Part shown: piece after piece, positions 23,462 to 39,093 of the stretch | Layout: the number at the start of each line of letters is the position of its first letter | How positions within the stretch are numbered: position 1 is the stretch's first letter | NCBI GenBank assembly: GCA_964016885.1 | Contig: OZ024743.1 | Coordinates: 156,426,001 to 156,490,000, forward strand | Length of the DNA: 64,000 nucleotides | Source: Eledone cirrhosa | Lineage: Eukaryota | Reading direction: 5' to 3' | Made by a program: the position numbers and the translations under genes | Notes under the pieces: model-generated | Told to the model about the DNA's origin: nothing | Database searches by the model: none | What the model saw: the letters and a program-made list of their open reading frames with translations, nothing else

Positions 23462-26433
23462 TTTACTTTTCTAATACATACATAGATGTTGAATACTTCT
23501 CGTAGTATAACATTACGAAATTTATTTTTAAACAAGGCATTTTGTCAAGAATGGACATATATTGTATTTAGTGATTACTTCACTGTCATACCTGTCACCT
23601 AAATTCATTCCGAAATTATTTACTGCTTCGACATTATTGACAGCAGATAAGATACACATTTAAAAAAATCAACAATAGACATGTGCATGCATGCAAAGAG
23701 ACACATACACCTGCGTTCCATCTGAATTTGTTCATTTGTGTTTTGTTTTGTTTCTCGTTTTTTTTTTATACATTTAAACTCAATAACTAACAAGGAACAA
23801 AGCAATGTTTCTTTTATTGCTATCCTTAAAGTTTTCTGAAAGCAGTTGAAAGCTGATTAAAAATGAATATGAGGTACACAAACACTGAAACGCACATACA
23901 CATATGCAGTCATGATCGATCATAATACGTACATATATGCATACAATCTCACATAGTCACACAATCGGAACAATGTGTTAACGTTTAAATGAAAGAGTAC
24001 ACATGAGGCAACTGTTTTTCTTTTTCATAACCGTTATTTTTTCTTTCTATTTCTTACAGTCAATTATTGCTGCAAAGTAATTGAATTCACCTGGAAGTAA
24101 ATAATTGATTGTACAAAAAATATACTCTACATTTAATAGAATGTTATCTTTCTTTTTCTTTAAGTATATTCCAACCTTTCAAACCATATCAAATTAGCTT
24201 AGATGAGAACTCTCGTTTATTCATCTGCTGGTATAAATTGGTAATTTCAGCATGTGGACAACAAATGCTTCAGATGTTTCCAGTCACTATTTTGCGAAGT
24301 CTACGTTGCTGTCCGTTGTCTTGGACAAATATCTACTAGCGTTTTTCATAGAAAGGATCCTGAAGATTTTCGATGAAGTGAAACTGTCATACAAGTAATT
24401 CAGTCTTCTCACCCCAAATATTACCCTGAGTTTGCCCGCAGACAAAAATAAAACGGACCAAAAAATAATGCAGTAAGTATATCGTTCTGTGGACTCCACA
24501 TCAAGAACAGTCATTCACCGAAACTATGGTAAGATTCTTTTATAAATTCATCATTTTGTTCAAATATCCTGAATATAGAGCAATAGCTATGCTGCACTAT
24601 TAAATGCTAATAATGCAGAAACCCATCACCTACTATTAAACATCTGATTCTCTCTTAATCATAAGAATGATTTCAATATTTTCAAATTCGAGTCATTTTG
24701 ATTATTATTGTTTTCGTACGTCATTCCGTACATACATATTTCTTTGATTTATTATAATCATTCATATTGTTTTATTTAAATTATTTATTTAGCTCGGGTC
24801 AGAAAGTATACTAGCTGGACAAGAAAGGACTTCATTTCATCCTTCCATTTAAAATGTTAATTCAAAGCAGCTGGTATTTTGAAAAATATTTTTCTTTCAG
24901 TATTTTGAGTAAGCAAGTGTTTTATTCAGTACAATGTATAATACTTTGCGAGAAAATAAGTGATTGTAATATATACACTTTGGTCATTATCTAAATCCAC
25001 TGTTGGAATGTTATATATCTACACAGAACTGGTAGCAGATTATATTTAAATGTATCGGTAGAATAATATATTACTTATATGACCTTCATGATATTTTCCG
25101 TATACTGTGAATTTACATATACATTATCAGTAATTTATTGATTCTGAAGGGATAAAATGGATATTTAATCCTCAAATAACAAACTAACAAAAGGCTTAAT
25201 GCCGTTGTTAGAAACTACGGAAAGGAAATCACAGCATGCCATATAAGTCTCATAGTTACGGCGGGATTGAAATACAAGCGCATGGTGGGGAAAGTGTTAG
25301 GTTTAAAGTGGCACTCCATTTTCCGCCAATCTTTCTGCCGTTTGGTCACTTCTGTCGCGATCAATGATAGTACCGACGTATTTTGGAGCCCTAGCACGAG
25401 ATATTTCCACCAGTATTTGTTCGACTAAAGAACACTTTGATGCTATAAGTTCCTAGCAGATGATATCGGTTCATATCGCATCCCTGGAAATTTAAATACC
25501 GATCTTTTTACCGGTCGCCCGATCAAACTACGTTGTTTCCGGCTGTCATGGAGTACTAGTTATTCATCTGCTGATAATCAAGTCTTATTAGAGCAATGCA
25601 TATATTAGAATATTACTTTAACATTTTTTCCTCTGTATTAGCAGGTGGAAACATCAGTGTTACATTCATTTTTCAAAGGAAAATATTTTATTCAACGTGA
25701 AATATCAAGATTCGTATGTTATTAATATTTTGATGTTTATCACCTGGTCGAATGTGATCAAACCGGTCTGCTATACCATATATTTCATCGTTTTTCCAAT
25801 GTTTCAGCTGTCAAGTCTCATGTATCATGTTATCAATGACACCGTCCTTTTATTAAGACGAAGCTTCATTGTTAATTCTAGACATATATATCGGTGCTAC
25901 CAAATGTATTTATTTTAGCACCAACGTGGGGCTCGTTACAGTTTCATAAACGTGGATACACTTTATTACCGTTTGCAGCTACTGTAGTGTATTACCGATG
26001 TTTTTGCTCAGTGAAATAGAAACATCCATGAAAATTTCAATATATTTCCAAAATATATTTAAGATTTCGAAAAATAAATATATTATTTAGTTCTTCTCTC
26101 TGTTTAATCAGAGATGAATATTTCATTGACATTGTTATTTACGGAAAGTTAATTAGATTAATATCAACCCTCTCAAAATATGCAATACATATATGTATTT
26201 CTCTCTCACTGTCTCTCATTCACTTTCACTGTCAATTCTACTATATATATATATATAAATATATATATATGAGTCTGTGTGTGTATGTATGCGTGTGTGT
26301 GCGTGTGTGTGTGTGTATATGTATGCATACATACATATACAAATATGTGTATGTGCATGTGAATGTATATATATATGTATAAATATGTATGTATGTAAGT
26401 ATGTATGCATGTGTGTGTATGTGTGTGTGTGTG

Positions 26434-26504
<71 letters not shown>

Positions 26505-26819
26505 TGCGTGTGTGTGAGTAAGTTGCATCTAACACAAATTAAGATAATCACATGAGCCAATACGACAATCGCAAACAAAAACAGTTCAGGCTGAAAACTG
26601 CTGACACTAAACCAGATGTCACGCCAGTGAGTACCACGGACACCTATTCCAATGTCACAACGGTGCAGCTGCTAATTGACTGAAAGCTAGTGAAACTTAC
26701 CAGCAAATAAAAAATGCCCTTCCTATGAGATCGGCCCACATGCAATCACACATTGTGAAGTCAGATACATAAATATATCTACTTGGAAACACTGCAATTG
26801 GGCAAATACACGCTAATAA

Positions 26820-28820
26820 CACCGTGTAACATATTGTTTGTTCCCTGGTTCTAAGTATCACTTCCTAGTTTGGCATATCCCATTATTATCAGAAAATACT
26901 ATTATCTACTCAGAAGTTTGGGTTTGTGGTCAGCAGTTTGATATTTTGAAATGTTCATATTTTTCAAGAAAAAACACATTCTTTTATCATTTATCATTTC
27001 ATATAATTAAATAAATAGAGTATATATTTATTTTATTACACAAGCTTATCAAAAGCAAACAAGTAAAAACAAATAACACTTATAAAGTAACTTATACACA
27101 TCTGAAATGACTGGATTTCCTGGATTTGCGGTTGTAGTCCAGGTCGCATTCCCGCACTAGCCCCATATATAGTCCTCCATCATTTTGTCATGGTAGTGGC
27201 CCTGGTACCTCCACTCTATCTCTTTCACATATTGGTGCAATCGCCTTATACTTCTGAGTACGTGCGCATATTGTCCTTGAACTTTTCCAGGTGAGCGTCC
27301 AGCATATGGATTTTAAGCGACATCCTGCATCCCAAAAGCCTTTATCAGATCCTGCACCAGTTGTTGGTAGTTTTCAGCTCTGTAGTTGCCCAGGAAGCAC
27401 TTAACAACTACCTTGAAACAGTTCCATGCTGTTCTCTCAATCCTATTGAGCTTATTGGAGAACTCGGTAGACTCAAACACCTTCTTTATCTGAGGTCCAA
27501 CAAAAATTCCACCTTCGGTTTTGGCCTCAGATAATTTGGGGAAGAACTCAAGAAGGTACTTAAAAGCGGCTGATTATTAGTTGAGAGCCTTCACAAACTG
27601 ATTCATCAACATCAAATTAATGTGCATTGGCGGCATGAGCACAATCCTGGGATCAACCAGTGGCTACCACATCACGTTCCGTGTCCCAACTACAAATTCT
27701 GTTCGCTGCTCCCAGTTCTTTCTTTTGTAGTGGTTAGAGGTGGCTCTGCTGTCCCAAAGGCAGAGGAAGCATTGGAATTTGATAAAGCCTCCTTGAAGTC
27801 CAAGCGGGAAAGCCACCATCATGAAGTCTCCAATGATTTCCCAATTGTACTGCTTGTATTGCAGAGCTTCCAAGAGGACTTTCACACTGTTGTAATCTCC
27901 CGTCAGACAGACTGAATGAGCTAGGGACAGTGTCGGGAACTTGTTTCCATTGTGGAGGAGGACAGCCTTCAAACTTGTGGTGGAGCTGTCTATAAATAAC
28001 CACCACTCCTTGGGCACAAACGGCACCCCAATAACATCAAACAGTCCAGGCACGTCATGGCAGAAGCAGAGGCCATCCCTAAGAGTGAACAAGCCTGAGA
28101 AAGCTTCGTGTCGAGTTTTCTGACATGTCACCTGCACTTCCTACTTCACCAAGTTCTAATGCTTCATCCTGGAGACGAATGCTTAAAACACAACTTACCC
28201 TTTATTCAAGGTGCAACAACGCACTATCAATAAATCTATTTAGTCCACTTTTTAACAATTTTATACTTTATTGCACTTTTATAATTTTCTTTAGGTATTA
28301 CTCTTTATTTTATAATTTTAATTTAACCTGAAACATATATAAAAAAATCATTTAACATAAGCAAATTAAACTTACACATGACGTAAAATCCATCATTCAA
28401 ATAATTCTAGTGAATATCTTAGAATTTTTACAAACCCAAACTTCTAACCGTTTAACAGCATATTTGTTATTTATTTGGGACCTAAGCAACACAAAAAAAG
28501 TGATTACAAGCCAAGAACAGAGAAAACATGTACTACATATCGTCCCCGTGATTCCCCAACCCATCAGAGTGAATATGAAGACAGCTTTCAAAAGATAAAA
28601 GTGCTAAGCAAACTGGACTAAAACCTAAATAGTTACTGCTGTGCGACCTCAGCTTTGCAATGACACTATATGAGCCCAAGCCATACTAGACCTAGCAAAT
28701 ATTCAGGTCAGGTAACAAGTAGAGTTCTAACTAACTAGAGGTACACATGGCCTAATATCCTGTTCATGGAACAAGTATTGTTCTAACCAATGAGAAGTAA
28801 ACATGTCCTAGTTCATGATT
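26820..28820 (-). mobile_element. Decayed Chapaev3-like (CMC superfamily) DNA transposon
   Basis: ORF 27664-28137 has W.LFIDSS..SLKAVLLHNGN and IIGD...LGLQGG..K..CFLCLWDSR. Downstream are PLVDP..MPP.H, QFVKAL, FPKLSEAK..GIFVGPQI and MSLKIHMLDAHL. Boundaries are approximate. Confidence 0.75.
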
Positions 28821-28828
28821 TCACAAAT

Positions 28829-29036
28829 AATGGTTTCAGATTTAAGCACAAGGCCATCGATTTTGGGGCAGAGGAATGTTGATTATATCGACCCGAGTGC
28901 GCGACTGGTACTTTATTTTCACGGCACTGTAAAGTTGAAAGGTAAAGTCAACCCCGGTGGGATTTGAACTCAGAAGGCAATAGGCCGTAACTCTATGCTA
29001 CGAAACATTGTGTCCGACTGAATACCGAATCTGCCA
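28829..29036 (-). mobile_element. tRNA-derived SINE (diverged)
   Basis: B-box gagttcaaatcc on the minus strand; homologous to the copies at 38907, 51667 and 61438. Confidence 0.75.
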
Positions 29037-29354
29037 AACACATATAATTCGGATTTGATATGCATTATATAGTTGACACATAGCATAATAGATTGTATCA
29101 CGTATGGTATGGGAGCAGTTATAGATATGCACACTAAGGTGAGCTGAACAATTTCATTGTAAGAAGTTAATTGGCATCTTTCAACCAACGAAGATTACAC
29201 ACGAGGGAACGAAGACTAGTGTACAGAGTTCTTACATTATAGTATAGGATTTTGAAACAGATGCTAAACGCGGCTGTCATATATCTCAACTTTGTTAAGA
29301 TATTACACAATGGAATGAAACGTCACAGAGTTGTTCCCGCATAGTTGCAAATGT

Positions 29355-30360
<1,006 letters not shown>

Positions 30361-30445
30361 GTAGGTCCCGGGTTGAGTCGGGGATAACCACCGTAAGTAA
30401 GGTACTCAATACATGGCAGAGTAAATTTTTTTATTTTATAGAAGG

Positions 30446-30496
30446 AGCTTCTACAGGACTAGTACTGTTTCATTCAGATGAAATCTTCAGGAAGCT
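30446..30496 (-). ncRNA. Type I hammerhead ribozyme in a PLE-like 3' end (~30360-30650)
   Basis: agcttc-CTGAAGA-tttcatctgaat-GAAA-cagtactagtcctg-TA-gaagct. Stem III is near-palindromic and the triplet is GUA. Confidence 0.75.
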
Positions 30497-30669
30497 GGGT
30501 GTCATATGAAGTTCTGGTATTTATACATTTAGGTAGTGGTAAGGGAGGGGTGGTGGAGGGGGGGGGGTATTTAGATACACGGGACCACTTCATGGCACAG
30601 GCCGTTTTTTCTTTGGCGAGAGGTCAATTAGCCAGAGTGTTTTTGTAGGATGGAAAGAATAAAATTATT

Positions 30670-30711
30670 TTACATACTCACAACCACATACAAAAACACT
30701 TACACACACAC

Positions 30712-30744
<33 letters not shown>

Positions 30745-30789
30745 TATATTTAAACACTTACACACACACATATATACACCCATATATAC

Positions 30790-30879
<90 letters not shown>

Positions 30880-30953
30880 ATATACATATGTGTGTGTGTG
30901 TTTGCACACCTACACATTCACACACATATACATACATATACATATATACACAC

Positions 30954-31006
<53 letters not shown>

Positions 31007-31225
31007 TATATATACACACACATATGTGTGCGTATACACATACACACACAGAGAGACATACATATACACATTCACACATGCATACATACACATATATACA
31101 TATATACACAAGAAAAACACAAACACACAAAAATACGCACACACAAATATACACACACACACGCATACACATACACGCACATATATATCTACACATACAC
31201 GCGATATATACATATATATGTGCAT

Positions 31226-31258
<33 letters not shown>

Positions 31259-31410
31259 CACACCTACATGTACGCATGTCTCTCTCGAGTAAACTATACA
31301 ATACATACACATACATACATATGCATACACATACATACACACACATAAACACATACATTCACACATATATAAACATACATACACATACACACACACACAT
31401 ACATATAAAA

Positions 31411-31463
<53 letters not shown>

Positions 31464-31516
31464 CCCATACACACACATATATGCATATATATACATATAT
31501 ACATATATATATACAC

Positions 31517-31553
<37 letters not shown>

Positions 31554-31580
31554 CACACATGCATATACATACATATACAT
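30670..31580. repeat. Compound (TA)n/(CA)n/(TACA)n microsatellite field
   Basis: Directly visible; it generates the low-complexity YI/HT/CV ORFs. Confidence 0.95.
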
Positions 31581-32188
31581 GGTGGCTGCCAACTCGTTTT
31601 CGAGTACGGCCACTACTTTATATCCATGTAGGAGAACCCCTACTGATGCGCTGAACGAGTGTGACTTTTTAGTCCAGCCAGCGACTTGAAAGCTCTGGTA
31701 CAAACACTACACTTGTGACAATTATTGACACATAGTGCTGGGCCCATGGTACCATGTGACGACAAATGCAGAGAGATCTCCAGATATAAAGCAATGCCTG
31801 TGCCGTGAAGCTTTTATAGTGAGCAAAGGCACTGCACAAAGCCAGTCCCACTCTCTTAACCAAGATGATATTTACCAAAAAGAAGAACAAGTCAACATCA
31901 TTGGATACCATCAGGGTTGCAGGTGTTATATCAGAGTTTTCCTTCTCCTAGAATTCTGCCTTGACAAAGGCTAAGGGGTCATCTCTCCCGGTGATTTTGG
32001 ATGGCCATTGACTCTTAAGAGCTCCTTTGCCTTTTGACAGGTTTTGTTTTTAGTCCTGCAGGATGTCCAAAGTCACCCTCCTCACCAAGAAACCTTGGTG
32101 GGGTTGCCAGTTTAGTCGCCAACGACCCGACCATGGGACAGGTTGTACTGGAATACATGTTACCAGTAGCACCAACTGGTGACCTGAC
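31581..32188 (-). mobile_element. Second copy of the ~580-bp (TATG)n-associated retroposon
   Basis: Reverse complement of 16889-17471; the mirrored ORFs are nearly identical. Confidence 0.8.
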
Positions 32189-33158
32189 ATAATACATATA
32201 CATACATACATACATACACACACATACACATTTACAAGCAAACACGCATACATACACATACATACATACAAATAAGTACACATAAACGCATATGCACAAA
32301 CACGCACTCGTTCGCATTCATACATGTGTCTATAGTATAAAGGTAGTGGGACAAATTTTAATTTTAAATTTTAAATTTTAAAATTTTAAATTTTAAAATT
32401 TTAAACTGGGCCTGATAGAGGATAAATAATTAATGTCACTATTAAGTTATATATATTATCATCAAGTAATTAATTACTATTTATTATTTATTATTTATTA
32501 CTTACTATTTACCATTCACTATTCGTTACGTATCTTTTATCCCTTATCTATTCATTACCTAATCATTCACTCATAAATTAATAAATAAATGAATGAGTTA
32601 ACTAACAAACAAACAAACAAACAAGCAGATAAACAAATAAACCAGTAAATAAGTAAATAAATAAACAAATAAATAAATAAATGGATAAATAAATAAATAA
32701 GTAAATAAAGTAACTAAGTAAATAAATAAATAAATAAATAAATATACAGTTAAATAGATAAATAAATCATGAACGTGTGCGTGCAGCAGTTCATAGCTAC
32801 GCGTATGCAAACATGAGCAGGTATATACGTGAATTTGTGTGTGCGGCCACGGAACTTTACTCAGAGGCATACAACACAATATATAAGACCTGGAGGGGAG
32901 GAAAGAGGGTAATAATGAGAGATAGAGGGGAGGAAAGAGGGTAATAATGAGAGATGGAGGGACGGAAATGGGATGGGGGCGGGGTAGGGTGGTGATGTGT
33001 GTGGGGGGGGGGTCAGTCAGGGGGCCGGGGGGGTCGGTAGTTTTGTAATTTGCATAGTTCTTGTGCATGCAATTAGGGGAGTGTTCCGAGATCTTGTTGA
33101 GGCGAGGGCCTTTGGCGAATATATATATATATATATATATTTATGTGTGGGGGGGGGA

Positions 33159-33198
<40 letters not shown>

Positions 33199-33759
33199 TG
33201 TGCGTGTGTGTGGATGTGCGTGTCTTTGTGTGTGTCTGTGTGTTTGTGTGTGTTTGTGTGAGCATTTAATGCGGATTTAGATCGATAAAATATTGTTTGT
33301 GTTTCAGTATGTGTATTTATGTTTCTTTTTTATTACTATATATTTATACAGCCTGATTTAGTTATTATGGTTTATATAATTGCTGACGTTTTGGATATTT
33401 TGCAGATTGCCAATTATCTCCGCCATCAGTGCAACAAGAAGCTGACAAGCGATCCCATACCCCTGCACAGACTTCCATAGTAGGACGCCAGGAGTGCGGT
33501 TCTATGCATTTTAGATGTCTACAAAATAGAAGTATACCTATTAGTAACACACTCACTATTTCTTGAAGAACTGCTGCAGTGTCAATATTTGGTCCGGTTT
33601 ACTGCGTACGGGACGAAATCCACACTTTTCATCGGCTAGCTTCTACTCAATCAGCTTCCGGAATCTCTTTGTGGGACACTTAGCATAGACATTACCGAGG
33701 AGGCTTAAAATGAGATAGCTCTGTAAATGAAACATTCTCGCTTGTCTCCCTTTATGAAA

Positions 33760-34460
33760 ATTAGAATTATTACTACCGATGATTCCTATTGCTTAGGTGC
33801 CTTTCCAGAGATCCGGGCCTACCGGCATACATGAGTGAACCAGATAGTACCGTCTCTATTTAAGGTTTTTAACATCTGAGCTTCTTGCTGCCGTGATGTA
33901 TCTATACGAATGCCCAATGTGAGAGTCGGACTCCACCAAGGGTGATATGTCTGGTATTGAGAGTTGCATGTCTGCAGAGAACATCGGTGCTGTGAAAACT
34001 GAGACTAGTTCTCTCAAGGAAGCCTGAGCTGTGCACTATACATGTGAATGGAATTCGACTGAAGCAGGCAGAGTAATATTCTGGGTCATTTTTCACGTGT
34101 GATGGACGGCAGGAGTTTGAATTAAGTACAATAAATGTAGGAGTTCGTGCAGTAATGCTCCAGATTCAGCATTCAGTAATCGTAAAATTGAGGTAAGCGT
34201 GAAAGCCAAACACCCTATTTTCAATTTGGTATTAGTACCAGCCCTTACCTATGATCATGAAACTTGGGTAAGGATCGAACGTATATGATCCTGAATACAA
34301 GCGCCGAAATGGGGTTGCTCCGATACTATGGTCACATGGTTATTATATCCCAGGAAAGAAACGGTGGATAGATTTTATGGGCAAAACCAAATGGCAAGAG
34401 ACCCATGGGCAGACCCCCAAGCAAGATGATTGGGCCAGATATCAACTTCCCTACCGGGCT
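33760..34460 (+). mobile_element. Decayed RTE (Rex3-like) RT C-terminal fragment
   Basis: SRKPELCTIHVNGIRLKQ..FT.DGRQE..KAK..IF..VLVPALTY.HETWV..IQA.EMGLLR, with frameshifts. Confidence 0.7.
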
Positions 34461-34789
34461 TTACGTATTTGATCTCTTAAACTGTTCTTGTGACCTCAGC
34501 CCTGGATAAATTAGTTACAGCTCCCAAACTCACCGCGTGTACATTAGAAGATGATGTAGTGATCGGGTGTAGGTGATCAGCAAAATATTGTATCCAACTC
34601 ACGAGGACGCACAACTGTGAAAATAAAAGAACCCCAGACGCTTTTCTGATGACAGGTGTCTCTTTTCTGTCTCTCCTGCAATTCTCCGTGTCTGATTCTA
34701 TCACAAATGCAAGAATCATGACTTATTTCCAAGTAAATCTTTGTAAGCTTCCTTCTTTGCTAGGACGGCATGTGTGATCCCTTAATTGA

Positions 34790-35700
34790 ACAAATTGTGT
34801 TATCTTGCCATCTTGCGCTTCACCAAGCCTTTTTCGACCGCAGCATACACAGCTGAAGCACAAACTGCTTAGCTGGACCTGCCAGTTTGGTGGGCTTCTT
34901 TGGCTTTAGGTAATTACAAATGGCAGATAACTACATTGTGATTAGGTCACAGCTGAGTGACTCTCTTAAAACGAACATCTAACACAGAATCAATGAGATC
35001 TGAGACAATAACAAAATAAATTATTGATCTCTACCCTTGATTCCACTGTTACCAAGTATATCTATGGATGTCTCTGTGTTGGAAGAATGTGTTCATAAAC
35101 GAGATTCTGTTGCTAGAACAGAGGTCTTATAAGGCCTATAAAATTGCATTTAGATCGGCGTCGCCATTTCTTGCAATCGCCCTATTCCATGTCATGTGCT
35201 CAAATCCAACATGCGCATTGAAGTCTCCCATGAAGATATATGATTCCTTTTTAACTACCTCTAACACTACAGAGACTTCATCAAGGAAGGACCTGTATTT
35301 GGATTCCTTGTTCGGTGCATAAACTTGTACCATCAACAGATTGCCTGTCCAATCTTTTCCGACGCCACATCTGAATAGTGGTGTTCTCATCCTCCATCCA
35401 AATCTACAGTATCAGAGCCACAGTATTTTGTTGAGTAAATCCCCACTACATCTAGCCAGTAGCATCAAGCCTCCTCCACATGTTGCTGCTTCTTACATGT
35501 AAAGGTTGTGATGTTCCAGGTTCCAATTGCCACGTTTTGCACTTTTCCCAACCTTTGTTGAGGTGACGGGATACGCAATCTGTGTGCATCTAACTCTCGC
35601 CTCCAGGGACATGGCACAGGTCGATCGCCCGTTTCTGCAACATCAAATGGAGTGTGCAATATATTTTTCGAACGGCCCACTCTATCTAAAGCCAGAACGC
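34790..35700 (-). mobile_element. Decayed RTE 5' part (apurinic endonuclease)
   Basis: IGTWNITT, VQVYAPN..Y..FL.EV, FMGDFNAHVG, NTFFQH..HRYTW and SII.FVIVS. Confidence 0.8.
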
Positions 35701-36895
35701 GTCCGTGTTAACCCACGCGAAGACAAGGCTGTTCTGCTAGAGAACGGGTCACGGGTGGCGGATAGTGATACCACCAGACATGATGGTTGCGATATAAGCG
35801 AACACCTGCCGAACGAATAAGCAACCTCGGGACAACAGCTGTAAGATACTAGGGGAAATGGAGCAATGGGTGACTCCTGTAGCTCCCGATGAAACTAAAC
35901 ACGCAGTGACATAGCTATAAAGAGGTGAGTAAATGCCGCCTCTAAAATAGCCTGGTCTTCGTGGGATTGACAAAGTAACTTGCGCGAATAAGACCACCGA
36001 AACTGTAACTGCATATTTGATGTGAACAAAAACGAGCCATAACCCATCGACTGCTATGATGTAATACATATATATATTATGAACAGGCGTTGGACCCTCA
36101 AACTCCCTACTTTTATTGCTTCACTGGCACGGTGTTTGATTCTGTTCACATGGAAACACACAATCTACCATAGTAGTTTAATCCATGACCCGATATTGAT
36201 AGTTTTTTCAACAGGGATTTTCTCAGCTCTGTCAAATGGCAAGTGGACAGCAAATGCAATGATTTTACATGAATGATATCAGAATGCCATACAGAATACG
36301 ATGTGCGTGCGTCTGCTGCGCTTTATAAGATGAATAAGACGTTATATGTCCGTTTTAAAGAAAAGTAAACGTGACAATATTTGCAACACGGCAAAAACGA
36401 TAGTTAGAAATATCAGCTAGAAACATTTCGTTTTTAAATTTCTGTTTTGTATTTTCCAAGCCATTATTAATTTAATACCTTGTGACAGAACTAAGTACTA
36501 TACGTCTCCATGCAACATTGTATTACAGCATCTTCATATTAGGTCTAATTTAAATAAAGTAATTTTAATATGAAAGGAGAAGGTAAAATAAAGAATATAG
36601 AATAAAGATAAATAAAACAGAACTTACGCAAAGATAGTAAATAGCAAAAGGAGTATCTCGTAATAAGTGAGACTGTTACAAACAATACGTATATTTTGAG
36701 AACGTATAGAAATCTATTTAAATCAATCTGACATTGATGGACATGTGAAATTTGTTACTGTATATATATATATGTGTGTATATATGTATACTGTATATAT
36801 GTATGTATGCCTGTATTTAGGAATGTATATGCATGTATGCATTATGAATGCATGTATGAAGGCATGTATATTCACATGTATGTGTGTATATATGC

Positions 36896-36974
<79 letters not shown>

Positions 36975-37537
36975 TATATGTGTGAGTGTGTGTATGTATT
37001 TGAGTATGTATGTGTACACGCAAGTTTGCATGTGTGCACACGATGATGTATGTAAGTATGTACGTATGAATGTATGTAGGCATGTATGTATTTGAACATA
37101 TATGTACCTCAAACCATAAGAATTATTTATATATATCAATCGTAGCCTCACTCTCACTCTGCAGGCACACATACATACACACTCACAAGTACAAAGACAC
37201 GCGCACACAGAAATAGAAACACATACACTCACATACTTACATAAATAATTGTTTATATCAACATTGCTAGTCAAGAGATTATGAGTGAGATCAGCAGCAT
37301 TACAAATGATAGGTGCTATTTACGTAACTAAGACTTTATGTCTAACAAACGTAGTGGTGGCCTCAAGATGGATCATGAGAGACCACGTCACCGGCTTCTG
37401 CAATGTGTAGAGAGCCTTCGAAACCAATCACTGTAGGCAGCGACCTAGCGACTTAGTCACACACTTAAATAAATGCATAAGTATATTCACATCTGTACAG
37501 AGAAAGCATATCGATTAGTACAGAAGCTGCATAAATG

Positions 37538-37608
<71 letters not shown>

Positions 37609-38906
37609 TAATATATGCAATGATGTATTTTATTAATTTATCCATAGATAGCAATAATAACTCGATTAAGAATTTATTTAGGCGTCATATTTCTCCACTC
37701 ATAAAGAGAAATGTTATTAATGACAGTATAAGCAAACAAAATATACTAATATGGCAATGCCAAATTTCATAATATCAGTGAGAAATATTGATAACTTATT
37801 CACGTAGATATTAGATTGTGTAATTGGCAGCTGATACATACAACAAATATATATATATATATATATATGTACAGAAGCAGTACCGTACTTAAATAAAGCT
37901 GCCTAAATGTTCAATAATTTACAGAAACATGAAATAGGTCTAATTTACATATTTTCCAACAGAACCAACATTATTAAATAACCCGAATCAAATTTCGGCA
38001 GCAGTCAGCATTCTTTTCCTTTCGAGAACTTTTACGTACCTTCTGCTCAATAATTTTCTTTTCTATTTTGTCCTCATTTTAACAGTTTTTATTTAAGTCA
38101 ATCCACCCTTGCCATAATAGTCTTGCCATCATCCCGAGGGAATGCGATGGTCCGGCTGAAACAGAGTTCCGACGTTCTTCATTTCTAGAATGACATTCAG
38201 GAGATACTCACCATCGTTTCCCCATCTTCGACTAACACTACTATTGAAACAGCAGTTTTCGGAGCCTACTACACTTGTTGCTAGGTCAAGTCTTTTTCGC
38301 CGATTTTTTTTCTAAATTTAAATCCTCAAAAAAACCTTAATTTCCAAACGTTATTCTTTTTAATTTGCTAGTCATTGGTAGAGAATAGCACAGCACATAC
38401 CTTGTGTCCATCGGGTTTGAAAATATATTGCAAGCATATGATGACCACTCCGTTCACATACTATTGTCGTCTCCACCAAACTTGCCATTTGACAATATTA
38501 CACAAACACGTTGAATTACTTCATGTTTCAGTGTTATGTGTATGACATTGCACTGCGCAGGTTAACGTACAGTGATATACTATATTTTCTCCATAGTCTT
38601 TCTCTACATTCGTTTGTCTTCAAGACAAGGTAGATATTACAGTATCATATCCCCGAATTGATTGAATCAGTACCATTCGACACAGTCACCAAAGTTTTAA
38701 AAGTGTCATTTGAAGGCCTATAATGTACATAATCTGTCTTCAAATCAGAGTTATATTATATTAGCCTTGGCACCACTTGGATAAATACGTCCGACACAAA
38801 GTCGCTTCGGACAATTCTGTCATATTGCCTGCACTGGGTGATGTCCAGGTTTAAGAATCGTTCAGGAAACGCATTATTTTAAAGCAGTCTGTGTTTCTTT
38901 TTTTAG

Positions 38907-39093
38907 GATTGGCAGTATCGGTAGAGGGTCAGACGCCATTGTTTGCAGCAAAGAGTTACGGCCCTTATGGTCTGAGTTCAAATCCCGTCGCGGTTAACTT
39001 TGCCTCTCATGCCTACGGGATCGATAAAATAATGTACCAGTAATACACTGATATAATTGCTGGCCTTGTGCCAAAAGTAGAAACAATTATTAT
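38907..39093 (+). mobile_element. tRNA-derived SINE
   Basis: A-box-like tggcagtatcggtag, B-box gagttcaaatccc, conserved core tcgataaaataatgtaccag and a (TTA)n tail. Confidence 0.85.

Noticed and set aside
24060-24535. Possible exon (acceptor at ~24059, GTAAG donor at ~24529); a similar acceptor lies at ~45948
   Set aside because: All frames contain stops and I recognise no protein; a non-coding exon cannot be supported from sequence alone.
30650-31703. Long ORFs rich in YI/HT/CV (also at 6.3k, 22.7k, 26.2k, 29.7k and 36.7k)
   Set aside because: These are translations of (TA)n/(CA)n microsatellites, not genes.
38907-38990. tRNA gene
   Set aside because: A and B boxes are present, but there is no cloverleaf and it continues into a repeated SINE body (four copies in the window).
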